In this document: piece after piece, positions 38,815 through 47,729 of the stretch
Numbering within the stretch: position 1 is the first letter of the stretch
How the letters are laid out: every line of letters starts with the position of its first letter
DNA from: Candidatus Woesearchaeota archaeon
GTDB lineage: Archaea; Nanobdellota; Nanobdellia; Woesearchaeales; ARS49
Assembly (NCBI GenBank): GCA_016929895.1
Contig: JAFGHW010000017.1
Span: 1 to 58,824, forward strand
Direction: 5' to 3'
Length of the DNA: 58,824 bases
Notes under the pieces: generated by a model
The model's input: only the letters and a program-made list of their open reading frames with translations
What the model was told of the DNA's origin: nothing
The model's database searches: none
Made by a program: the position numbers and the translations under genes

Positions 38815-40005
38815 TTAAGACTTAAGAATTCTATTAACTTTATCAATTGCAGATTGAATACTCTTTTTGTCCTCTTTTAGTTCGTTCATATATGTTTCTG
38901 AAATGGCTTTAAACAGAACACTGAATTCAATTGCAGACAAAGGATTTTTTTTCTCTGCAAAAAACATTGCAGCATTATACGCAATATCCTGTGCTTTTTC
39001 AAGATGCTCTTGTCTTACCTCAGGTCTAAAGGTTTCATTACGGTAAATACCCAAATGAACATTCATTACTGCGGCAGGAACATGTTTGCTTAAACTTATA
39101 ATCAAAGGATGTCCGCCATTTTGCATAATCCAGCACATTGCCTGTTCTGAAATTCTTTCTACTTTAGCAAGATCTTCAAGTTCATACTCTCTGGGAAAAC
39201 TTACAAAAGGGTTGAGTTCGTCTAGCAATTCCTTAACTCTGCCGATCTTAAGCTCTGCTTCTAGTTCTGAAGGATTAATATTTGAATCCATTGAAATAAT
39301 TGCACTTGCAAAATCTTTCATATTTCCACCGTTAGAAAAATATCCTTGTTTTAAAGCATAAATTTGTCTGGCTTTTTTATTTGAGTCTAAATTTTCTTTA
39401 GCTTTTTGTCTCAGATTATCAAAATATCTTTTATCTTCAGGAGAAAGGTCTTTGGTTATGATTGTTTTTTCTTTTTTTCCAAACAATCTGCCGATAAAAC
39501 CGGGCTTGATAGTATCTTTTGTTGTATGAAGCTTGTCAAAATCAACTAAAACTTGCTGATATAATTCTGCAATACTGTTAACTTTATCATATTCGCCAAC
39601 TCCTGCAGATAATTCTGCTTTTTGCTTTAGTTTTTTGCAAAATTCATTTATTTCGCAATTAGAAATGTGTTCAGGATTAACTCTAAGCGACTCTTCTAAA
39701 GTTAAAGCATTATTCTCATGATTAAGTTTAGGTTCGCCTTCAGAAAGAATTATATGTTCAAAAATTGGAAACTTGTTAATAAGCTTGTTACGGATTTCTT
39801 GAGGACTTTTATTTTCATATGATTGACCATTATTTCCATTAAGCAATTTGCTCATGTGTATTAAAAATTCATCTCTGCCCAGTTCTGAATGACGCTCTTC
39901 TTCAGGATGCATACTTACAAAAGTCTTGTATCTATCAAGACATTCGGCACTATTAGAATCATACTTGAGCATTAGATATTCGAGTTTTCTTGTATCAATC
40001 GCCAT
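38815..40005 (-). CDS. Hypothetical helical protein (~396 aa)
   Basis: Long ORF. The ATG at 40005 is preferred because the upstream GTG lies inside a hairpin. Contains KPGFIGRLFGKK. Confidence 0.72.
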   Translation of the reverse strand: MAIDTRKLEYLMLKYDSNSAECLDRYKTFVSMHPEEERHSELGRDEFLIHMSKLLNGNNGQSYENKSPQEIRNKLINKFPIFEHIILSEGEPKLNHENNALTLEESLRVNPEHISNCEINEFCKKLKQKAELSAGVGEYDKVNSIAELYQQVLVDFDKLHTTKDTIKPGFIGRLFGKKEKTIITKDLSPEDKRYFDNLRQKAKENLDSNKKARQIYALKQGYFSNGGNMKDFASAIISMDSNINPSELEAELKIGRVKELLDELNPFVSFPREYELEDLAKVERISEQAMCWIMQNGGHPLIISLSKHVPAAVMNVHLGIYRNETFRPEVRQEHLEKAQDIAYNAAMFFAEKKNPLSAIEFSVLFKAISETYMNELKEDKKSIQSAIDKVNRILKS

Positions 40006-40020
40006 TTTAGTGTACAGTAA

Positions 40021-40091
40021 GTAATAAGTCGTGCGGGCAATAGAAATCGGGTGTGGGGGGATTGCTATGCCCACTTACGACATATTATTAC
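40021..40091 (-). promoter_or_regulatory. Long imperfect stem-loop filling the predicted 5' leader
   Basis: GTAATAA/TTATTAC, GTCGT/ACGAC, GGGCA/TGCCC, TAG/CTA and AATC/GATT pairings around a C-rich loop; BRE/TATA CGAAAGCTTTAAATA at 40126-40112. Confidence 0.65.
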
Positions 40092-40169
40092 CATCTGGTA
40101 GTAATTAAGAGTATTTAAAGCTTTCGATTTTTTAGTTACTGGATGGTGGTTATTTATTGCAGAATCAGA

Positions 40170-40742
40170 CTATTTCTCAGAAAAAACCATATACGCGCTT
40201 GCGTCATACATGAACTTCCATAAACCGGGGTTTAATGCCTTGAACATTAAATTGCTCTGCTTTTCTTCAAAAGTTTCTTCTGTTCCAGGCATGAACAAAC
40301 CAAACTCATTCCTCATTTTAGCATTATAATTAGTTTTAATTGCAGTGTTAAATTCTTTGGTCTGCTGAGAAACAATAACCTCTCTAAAATCATCTGATTT
40401 ATAGCTGATATCATAATAAGTGCTTAATTCAGTCGGAGAATCATCTCTCTGCCAATATTTTAAAACATTTGAATACGAAGTATGGAAATCTTCGTGGCGT
40501 GCTTGATAAGCATCTGAAAAATCCTGTCCTGTTTCTGTTATTTTTTTAGAAGAGCTGTCTTTTATAACTTCATCAATAGCATCCTTAATCTCTTTTTTAA
40601 TCTCCTCTGTTTCATCAGGCTCTGTTAAAGTAGCTATATTTATTTCTTCAATATCCTCTGGCTCAGTAGAATTATCAAATTCGTCTGGCTCTGTTATGTT
40701 AATCTCTTCTGACATCGTAACACAATGGTTTTTTTTCACCAC
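40170..40742 (-). CDS. Hypothetical acidic protein; start may be 40715
   Basis: ORF with TEPD/TEPE repeats at the N-terminus. Confidence 0.65.
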   Translation of the reverse strand: MVKKNHCVTMSEEINITEPDEFDNSTEPEDIEEINIATLTEPDETEEIKKEIKDAIDEVIKDSSSKKITETGQDFSDAYQARHEDFHTSYSNVLKYWQRDDSPTELSTYYDISYKSDDFREVIVSQQTKEFNTAIKTNYNAKMRNEFGLFMPGTEETFEEKQSNLMFKALNPGLWKFMYDASAYMVFSEK

Positions 40743-40855
40743 TTTTTAAACTTTACTAATTGCAAAACCAGTTTTTTTAAAGTATATTTATTCATAGTGA
40801 CTATTAGACAATAGTGATAAAGTTATTTAAAAACAGTCAGCCAATTGTTGGAGTA

Positions 40856-41668
40856 ATGGAATTTCAAACTACAGAGAAGAGTCATCCAAACATAAGAAGC
40901 TACAGCACAGACGATTTCAAGCTGGCAAAAGAATTTGCAGAAAAAATACACAAAGAATTAGAAGGCGGGTTTTTAAAAGCAGCGATATTATTCGGAAGCA
41001 CTGCCAGAAAAGAAAAAACATATCATGAGCCAGACATAGACATTCTGCTTATAATAAATGATTTAACAATGATTCTGAGCCCTGAAGTAGTAGAGGCGTA
41101 TCGGGTAATAACACGAAATGTCGCTTCAAAAGTATCTAAACGACTGCATATTACAACATTTAAACTGACAAGTTTTTGGGATTATTTACGAAACGGAGAC
41201 CCTGTATCTGTAAACATATTGAGAGATGGTGTGCCTTTGTATGACTGTGGTTTTTTTGAACCTGCGCAAGCTTTACTATTCCAGGGAAGAATCAGGCCAA
41301 CAAAAGAAAGCGTGTGGACATATTTCACACGCGCGCCAAACACAATAAAAAGTTCAGAATGGCACTTGCTGCAGGCATCAATAGACTTATACTGGGCAGT
41401 AATCGACGCGGCACACGCAGCACTAATGCATTACGGAGAAGTTCCTCCTTCACCGTCGCATGTGTCGGATTTGATTTATGAAAAACTAGTCAAGAAAAAA
41501 ATATGCTCGCGAAAAGAAGCAGAAACAATGAGGTTTTTTTACGAACTAAGCAAGAAGATTACACATCGGCAGAAAAATACAGTAACAGGAAAAGAATATG
41601 ATGCTTATTTAGCCCAAGCCAAGCAATTTGTAGATGTAATGAAAAGGATAATTTCGGGGAGAAAGTAA
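40856..41668 (+). CDS. Minimal nucleotidyltransferase (MNT) fused to a HEPN-like domain
   Basis: ILFGSTAR…DIDIL (Pol-beta-type GS…DxD); C-terminal helical YWAVIDAAHAALMHYGEVPPSPSHV and KKITH. Confidence 0.8.
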   Translation: MEFQTTEKSHPNIRSYSTDDFKLAKEFAEKIHKELEGGFLKAAILFGSTARKEKTYHEPDIDILLIINDLTMILSPEVVEAYRVITRNVASKVSKRLHITTFKLTSFWDYLRNGDPVSVNILRDGVPLYDCGFFEPAQALLFQGRIRPTKESVWTYFTRAPNTIKSSEWHLLQASIDLYWAVIDAAHAALMHYGEVPPSPSHVSDLIYEKLVKKKICSRKEAETMRFFYELSKKITHRQKNTVTGKEYDAYLAQAKQFVDVMKRIISGRK

Positions 41669-41701
41669 AACTTTATATTCTAAGTTCTAATTATTTCTAA
41701 T

Positions 41702-42262
41702 ATGACTTTTGAATTAGACAAAAAAAACATTTTAGGAAAAGTAGACAAATCACAAAAAGGAAAAATAGACACAGGAATAAAAGAAATATGCGATTTGATA
41801 AATAATAATAAAAACTATTATACAACTTCATCTTGTTCTGGTAGAATTGTTTTATTAGAAGCAGATTCAAATAAGAAAAACAAAGCAAAATGGTTGTTTG
41901 TTTCACACGAATCAACTGATTTTGAATCGATTTCCAAAAAATTAGATTCAAAATCAGAAGTATGGCTTCGCCAGGAAGGAGCAATATTACACATTTGCTG
42001 CAAGGATTTAGAAAGTGCAGAGAAATTAATCAATTTAGTTAAATCAATTGGATTTAAAAGAGCAGGAATGATTTCTATAAATAAACGATTTGTTGTTGAA
42101 ATAATAAGCTCAGAACATTTATGCGCTCCTGTGATAAAAAAAGGAAAAAAAATTGTTACAGATGAATATTTTTCTGTTTTGATTTCAGAAGCGAATAAGA
42201 AGATAAGGAAGAATAAGGAGAAACTGGAGCATTTAAAGACAAACTTAGAAACCTTTAAATAA
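41702..42262 (+). CDS. taw3: tRNA wyosine-derivative methyltransferase Taw3/TYW3
   Basis: DKSQKGKID, YYTTSSCSGRI, WLFVSH, ILHI, GFKRAG. Confidence 0.9.
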   Translation: MTFELDKKNILGKVDKSQKGKIDTGIKEICDLINNNKNYYTTSSCSGRIVLLEADSNKKNKAKWLFVSHESTDFESISKKLDSKSEVWLRQEGAILHICCKDLESAEKLINLVKSIGFKRAGMISINKRFVVEIISSEHLCAPVIKKGKKIVTDEYFSVLISEANKKIRKNKEKLEHLKTNLETFK

Positions 42263-42283
42263 TCCTCTCCAATTAACTTATTA

Positions 42284-42409
42284 ATGAGAGTGAAGATGTT
42301 TAAAGAAGTAAAGGATTCTTGCTTTGGAAAAAAATACCAAACAAGCGAGCAATGCGAGCATTGCTGGATAACAAATGCATGCCTGATATGTTTTCGAAAC
42401 AAAAAATAA
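42284..42409 (+). CDS. Small Cys-rich protein (37-41 aa; CFG-x8-CxxC-x5-CxxC)
   Basis: Hand translation MRVKMFKEVKDSCFGKKYQTSEQCEHCWITNACLICFRNKK; promoter GAAACCTTTAAATA at ~42248-42261. Confidence 0.6.
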   Translation: MRVKMFKEVKDSCFGKKYQTSEQCEHCWITNACLICFRNKK

Positions 42410-42413
42410 AAAT

Positions 42414-43532
42414 TTATTCTGCGGTAATTGTTATTAAACTTTGATAACTGCCTAATTCGGTTTCTTCAGGTATTTCTATTTTGAAATGCAAACCAGAAGA
42501 TTTTCCTGCAGGAATCTCAAATTGCTCTGAAAACCCGACAAAATCATCATTGTTAAGGCTGAATTGGAACAGAGATTTGTCTAATTCATCTGTAATTAAA
42601 TCTAATGAAAAAACCAAATCTGTATTTCCATTGTTTATTATTCTTGCCTTATTTGAAGCAATACTAGAACTTCCTGGAACAACATTAAAACTAATTTTAT
42701 CTGAAATAACTTTAAACGATTTTAATTCTTTAATTTCAAATCCTAACTTGCTGTTATCTGAAAACAAAATCGAATAATTGCCTGGAGATTTATAATATGG
42801 GACAGAGAAAACTGCTTCAAAACTATTATTATCAACTTTTTCCATAACCTTAGTTGTATCAAAGAGAGTAGCAGTCATTAATTCACCTGCACGAACATGA
42901 ATAGTTGTATTTGTACCTGCACTTGGCGTAATACTGCCGCTCTCTAAGATATAAGCAGAACTTTGCGAAGAATCTGTGACATTAACCTCTATACTAATCA
43001 CATTATCACCGAAAAAATCCGGCTCTGCAATTATAAAATCATTAGAATTATCTTTTGTTGAATCTATTCTTAATAATGCCTTACTTTGCGGCGCATCATT
43101 ACAAGGAGTTCCTGCAAATAAATTATTGTCAATATTATCTGGATTTCCCCAGCCAACTGCGTCCACTATTTCTCCTGAAGAGTTAATCAGAGCAATACCT
43201 GAATCCTCATTATTCAAAGTAATAGGGGTCATAAAATCAGCAGACCTCCAGTTAAGATTATCTTTTCTCTCGTCCCACATATTGTCTGCCAAAAGAAAAT
43301 AGCCATTAGCAGGAATAGTGGAGTTGGCTGGAAAAATCGCGTCCTTCATAGAAGACTCTGTGGCGACAATCCAGCCAGAGATGTCTATATCAAAGGGGTG
43401 CGGGTTATAGAACTCAATAGACTCTCCGCCACTCTCACTATTTGCCGGGTCGTAGAAAATCTGATAAATTTCAACAGCTGAGACAAGATTAGGAAGGAGC
43501 AGGACCAAAAGGATTAATAATATTTTTTTCAT
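42414..43532 (-). CDS. Secreted lamin-tail-domain (LTD) protein
   Basis: Signal peptide; IYQIFYDP…ESIEFYNP…DISGW…IPANGYFLL…LNN…IVDAVGWG. Confidence 0.85.
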   Translation of the reverse strand: MKKILLILLVLLLPNLVSAVEIYQIFYDPANSESGGESIEFYNPHPFDIDISGWIVATESSMKDAIFPANSTIPANGYFLLADNMWDERKDNLNWRSADFMTPITLNNEDSGIALINSSGEIVDAVGWGNPDNIDNNLFAGTPCNDAPQSKALLRIDSTKDNSNDFIIAEPDFFGDNVISIEVNVTDSSQSSAYILESGSITPSAGTNTTIHVRAGELMTATLFDTTKVMEKVDNNSFEAVFSVPYYKSPGNYSILFSDNSKLGFEIKELKSFKVISDKISFNVVPGSSSIASNKARIINNGNTDLVFSLDLITDELDKSLFQFSLNNDDFVGFSEQFEIPAGKSSGLHFKIEIPEETELGSYQSLITITAE

Positions 43533-43672
43533 TTGGATTCACCTCAAAAATTAAAGAAGGTAAACTGATTAAAAAGCATATCTGAAGAAAAATCGGAAAA
43601 CGGATGGTGGAATCGGATAAAGTTATGAAGATTTTGAATAAAAATCACAAATCAAAAGAAAAAATAAAATAA

Positions 43673-43690
43673 ATCCGAATTATTCGGAAT
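43673..43690 (-). terminator. Hairpin plus T tract after the S-layer-like gene
   Basis: TCCGAAT-A-ATTCGGA immediately after the stop, followed by TTTATTTTATTTTTTCTTTT on the minus strand. Confidence 0.5.
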
Positions 43691-45078
43691 TATTCCTCGT
43701 CCAGAGGTCTTCTGAACAATACAATCAGCAGTACAATAACGATTACTGCCAATAGAACACTAATTCCTGCTAAAAGCCAGATATAAGCAGGGCTGTCCTT
43801 GAATGAAGAAGCACTTGAGCTTCTTACCCTGGCAGTAGTTGTTGCTCCAGTTGTTACAGGGACATCTGTAGTTGTGACAGTTGTTGTGTCTGTAGTTGTA
43901 TCAACAGCAGTTGTAGTGTCTTCTGCCACTTCACATTTCTCAACAACAAAATCAAACCTTTTAGTGTTACTCAAAGCAGTTGTATCAAACAAAGTGTTTA
44001 ACTCAACTGTGTAAACTCTGGATTCAGTTCCTTTGGGTATAGTAAATGTAAAGGAAATGCTTTCATCATCATCTTCATCAAGCTCGATATTTGACTTTTT
44101 TTCTTCTAAACCCAATTCTTCAATAGTTGCTCTAGCAACAACTTCTTCTTCATCTCGTTTGCCAAGATTAACCAGCCTGGCATCCAAGCTAATTCTTCTG
44201 TCCTGGCAATTATCAAACTGAACAGGACTTAATGAAGCAGACTTTATCTGGATATCATGCTTAAGTCTTTCAACTTCAAACTTGACTTCCCACATTTCAC
44301 CATGGTAAGCTCCATTTTCATCAACGCCATATACACGGATTTCAATAGGGTATTTTCCTTCCTCTGTATCTTCTTCAATCTCAAAATCAAAAGTCATCTC
44401 ATCCTTGTCATCTGCATCAAGACTTGTATCATCGTCTTCATCCAAGTCTAAATCACTATCCATGCTCTCGACCTCAACATATACTGGGTCAAATTCAACA
44501 TCGCCAATCCTTAAATCATCTCTGTCATTATCATTGAATAAATTTTCAAACTCAACTGTGATAGAACATGCCATATCAGGAGACAATTCCTCAAATTCTT
44601 CTTTGTCATCCAGTCTTTCTGATTTGTCGCCGCAAACAGCATTAATCTTTTTAATTTTTAACTGATTGACTGCCTGCATGTTTAAATCAGCAGTAGATTC
44701 AATAGAACCAGATACTGCTTTAACAGTTCCTGCCTTAAAGGGGGTTTGTTTTAAAAAATCAGAATCACCTGATTGCTTAACAACAGCATCAAATGAAACA
44801 GGAATATCGCCTGTAACAGTAACAGTCTGAACTGCTCCTGAAGCTAAGTCAAAAGTAGCAGGATCAAACCTCACATTATACCTGGAATCACCTGCAAAAG
44901 ACATCACAACATTAGATAATGCAGTTCCTCCATCATTAGTAACAGTAACTGTTGTTGAAACATTACTAACACGGTCCTGATCTGAATTGCCTATGGTCCC
45001 TACGCTTACTTGCAGAGCGCTAACTCCTGCAGCAAATAAAACAGCAAAAACCAATAGCATTATTATGGTTTTTTTCAT
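43690..45078 (-). CDS. Acidic S-layer-like/CARDB surface protein with Thr-rich linker and C-terminal TM anchor
   Basis: Signal peptide, VTNDG and VNLG CARDB-type strands, poly-Thr stalk, TM helix ending in RR. Confidence 0.8.
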   Translation of the reverse strand: MKKTIIMLLVFAVLFAAGVSALQVSVGTIGNSDQDRVSNVSTTVTVTNDGGTALSNVVMSFAGDSRYNVRFDPATFDLASGAVQTVTVTGDIPVSFDAVVKQSGDSDFLKQTPFKAGTVKAVSGSIESTADLNMQAVNQLKIKKINAVCGDKSERLDDKEEFEELSPDMACSITVEFENLFNDNDRDDLRIGDVEFDPVYVEVESMDSDLDLDEDDDTSLDADDKDEMTFDFEIEEDTEEGKYPIEIRVYGVDENGAYHGEMWEVKFEVERLKHDIQIKSASLSPVQFDNCQDRRISLDARLVNLGKRDEEEVVARATIEELGLEEKKSNIELDEDDDESISFTFTIPKGTESRVYTVELNTLFDTTALSNTKRFDFVVEKCEVAEDTTTAVDTTTDTTTVTTTDVPVTTGATTTARVRSSSASSFKDSPAYIWLLAGISVLLAVIVIVLLIVLFRRPLDEE

Positions 45079-45196
45079 ATTGAATCTCCCCCAATATCAT
45101 GTGTTATTAGTCTAGAGTAGTTACGTTATATATAAAGTTTTTGGTTTTATCTAGGTTGGAAACTATATTTTAGAAAATATAAGAAGAAAGAAAAAT

Positions 45197-45493
45197 TTAC
45201 TCTTTTTTGCCTGCCAATAAGATAACTGCTACTAATGCGATTGCTGCAACAACCATTACAATGCCTGTAGACAATGGGGGCATGGACAAAACCGAGCTGC
45301 CAACGCCGGCTGCAACACCGCCAGTCATTGTTCTATACCCATAGTAAATCAGTAAAATAGCTAAAACAATAACTATCAAGGCAGCAATAATTGCAAAATT
45401 ATTCTTTTTAACAGGTCCTGTGCTTTTTGCAGGGGTTAATCTAATAGTCGCGGGCTTAAATTTCTTAACCTTTTTACGCTTTTTCTTGGCCAT
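45197..45493 (-). CDS. Small two-TM membrane protein with a basic N-terminus
   Basis: GGTGA RBS before MAKKKRKK; two hydrophobic segments. Confidence 0.65.
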   Translation of the reverse strand: MAKKKRKKVKKFKPATIRLTPAKSTGPVKKNNFAIIAALIVIVLAILLIYYGYRTMTGGVAAGVGSSVLSMPPLSTGIVMVVAAIALVAVILLAGKKE

Positions 45494-45535
45494 AGTATCA
45501 CCTTTAATATACCCAGAATTCCGCATATATAAATT

Positions 45536-45898
45536 TTACTTTTTTTCCTGCACTTCTTCAGCTATTTCTGTAATATCTTCAACTTCTTCAATATCTTCCT
45601 TTAATTCATCGCTTTTCTTTTTAATCTTCTTAAAATGCTCTTTGTCCTGATGACTCTCTTTCTCGTCTTCAATAAGTTCTTTTTTAATCTCTTCAAGCTC
45701 GTTTTTAAGCTCTTCAATCTTTTCATCTTCTTTGAATTCGTTTTTCATCATTTCACCTATTGATTTATTATCTTCGCTACCAGAAGTTTCAATAATTTCT
45801 TTAGCCCGTGCAGTAGCCTCTTCAATAGACCCAGCCATATGCAAGTCCTTTAACTGCTGAGCAAGTTTTCTTATTTTTTCCTCTTTTGACTCCTTCAT
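45536..45898 (-). CDS. Hypothetical coiled-coil protein (120 aa)
   Basis: E/K-rich ORF. Confidence 0.7.
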   Translation of the reverse strand: MKESKEEKIRKLAQQLKDLHMAGSIEEATARAKEIIETSGSEDNKSIGEMMKNEFKEDEKIEELKNELEEIKKELIEDEKESHQDKEHFKKIKKKSDELKEDIEEVEDITEIAEEVQEKK

Positions 45899-45924
45899 AA
45901 AAATAAGTTAAGCCAGCAAATATA

Positions 45925-46716
45925 TTAATCTTTTGAATGCTTTCTCTTGAGCTTGCTGAAATGCAAAAGAGATACAAATGTTATGGACAGAATTAACCAC
46001 GCAACTAATGGAACCAAGTATATGTTTAAATTCCAAAATGAAAACAAAGAAACCATCCATTTTGCGTATATTGCTGAAGACACTACTTCAACTAAAATAA
46101 TCAGAGTAGAGGTATAATAAGCAGACTTAACACATGTTTTCCAAGGCTGGCTAAACCTTGTCAAATCAGCCATTAAAAAAACAATAGTCCCGATTAACAC
46201 AGCAAACAAGAAATACTTTAACCAAAAACTTCCAAATGTAAAAAAAACCAAAGAAGGCAGAATAAAAATAAAAAAATAAATTATCAGCCTGCTAACAACA
46301 GGCTTATCCATCTGCTTAATCTGATTCAAAGGAATCTCTTTTCTGCCTGCAAAAAATTTGTAAAACAAAGAGTCCCTAGTTATAGTAATCCTTTCTTTAT
46401 TGGGAATAACCTCGCTGCCAGTAGCATCTATAACAATTAAAGGCTCTTTTGCAGGGATTCTGATAGATTCTGACTGCGAAACAATTCCTGTAACAGAAAA
46501 AGAATCAAATTTGGATAACTGGTCCTGAATCTCTGATTTAAGAGTAACAAGTTTAGGAACCAGCAAAATTGCCATTATTATATATGCAATAGCCAATATT
46601 TTGGTGAAATATTTTACACTGTCCCAAAAAGGAGCATTGATTAATTTGTTAAATTCCCTGGGGTCAAATGCATGAAAGACTTGTTTACTGAACTTTTCAA
46701 AACGCATGCTTGTCAT
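45925..46716 (-). CDS. Membrane protein, DUF1189-like
   Basis: One N-terminal TM helix, a soluble loop domain and about four C-terminal TM helices. Confidence 0.65.
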   Translation of the reverse strand: MTSMRFEKFSKQVFHAFDPREFNKLINAPFWDSVKYFTKILAIAYIIMAILLVPKLVTLKSEIQDQLSKFDSFSVTGIVSQSESIRIPAKEPLIVIDATGSEVIPNKERITITRDSLFYKFFAGRKEIPLNQIKQMDKPVVSRLIIYFFIFILPSLVFFTFGSFWLKYFLFAVLIGTIVFLMADLTRFSQPWKTCVKSAYYTSTLIILVEVVSSAIYAKWMVSLFSFWNLNIYLVPLVAWLILSITFVSLLHFSKLKRKHSKD

Positions 46717-46782
46717 CTATACTAACTAGTATATAAATATTACTCGCGAAACTTTTTAAAGAATCTCTAATTTCAAGGCAAG

Positions 46783-47298
46783 ATGATTGGTGAAATAATC
46801 CGAGATTTGTATAACCGTTCTGGAGAAGATTTTGATAAAAGATATCATAACAGAACCTCTTTTAATTTTGATGGATATTCCTTAAATAAAATAAATTTAG
46901 AAAAAATTGATGAATCAAATAAAAAACCCCGGGTGTTGAATATTAAAAATAAAAATAATCATCACTTAGAATTTGATGTGACTGCTGATGGCAAAGAAAG
47001 CCTCCTTGAAATATATCTTTATCAGGATGAAGTGCGCGATATTACGCGAACCTTAGTTGAAACACAAAAAACATCTCGCGGCGATAAATATAAATCTTTT
47101 ATTCGCAGAGTAATAAAAAGATTAAGCAAAGCAAATTTTTCCAGAGGGTATGAAGGTTCAGTAATTATACCCATCTCTAAAAAAGATAGCGCGCATGTTG
47201 CAAGAGTAATTCATAAATTATACGAAACTAATAATATAGATATATTAAATCAGCATCCGAGTTCATCGCGCAGTCAATGGAAAAGCAAGTGGACATAA
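46783..47298 (+). CDS. Hypothetical protein (171 aa)
   Basis: ORF with its own BRE/TATA (CGAAACTTTTTAAA); 3' end overlaps the convergent methyltransferase. Confidence 0.6.
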   Translation: MIGEIIRDLYNRSGEDFDKRYHNRTSFNFDGYSLNKINLEKIDESNKKPRVLNIKNKNNHHLEFDVTADGKESLLEIYLYQDEVRDITRTLVETQKTSRGDKYKSFIRRVIKRLSKANFSRGYEGSVIIPISKKDSAHVARVIHKLYETNNIDILNQHPSSSRSQWKSKWT

Positions 47299-47701
47299 TC
47301 TCCTTAATCAATTCAAGCTTATTTGACTTCTTAAGAACACTGAATGCAAATTTATGCTTTCCAACTCTTTTGATTTCTTTCAAACCCTTTTCAATATCCT
47401 TGAAATTATGAATAGATGTGACTGCGATTACGATGTCGAAAGAATTATCAAGGAAAGGCAAGGATTCTGCGCATGCCTTTACTGTCTTGAAAGGACACTG
47501 CTTTAACAATTCTTCAGACGGGTCAATGCCAGTAATATCACAATCAAAAACCTTGGCTGACAAACCTGTTCCGCAACCAACATCCAATAATTTATCTGTT
47601 TTTTTAACTTTTAATTTTTCTGCGATAATCCTGAGTTTTTTTAACTGCTCATCTCCATGAAGCTCGTTATATCCCTTAGCTATTTCATCATAATATCCCA
47701 T
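47228..47701 (-). CDS. Class I SAM-dependent methyltransferase
   Basis: LLDVGCGTG, GIDPS, AESLPF…SFDIV. True start is probably MGYYDE at 47701. Confidence 0.88.
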   Translation of the reverse strand: MGYYDEIAKGYNELHGDEQLKKLRIIAEKLKVKKTDKLLDVGCGTGLSAKVFDCDITGIDPSEELLKQCPFKTVKACAESLPFLDNSFDIVIAVTSIHNFKDIEKGLKEIKRVGKHKFAFSVLKKSNKLELIKEIMSTCFSIDCAMNSDADLIYLYY

Positions 47702-47729
47702 AAACTTTATTAAGCAATAAAAGTTTATA

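Noticed and set aside
43533-43689. Recurrent ATCGGA/TCCGA words in the intergenic region
   Set aside because: Too short and irregular to support more than a terminator hairpin.
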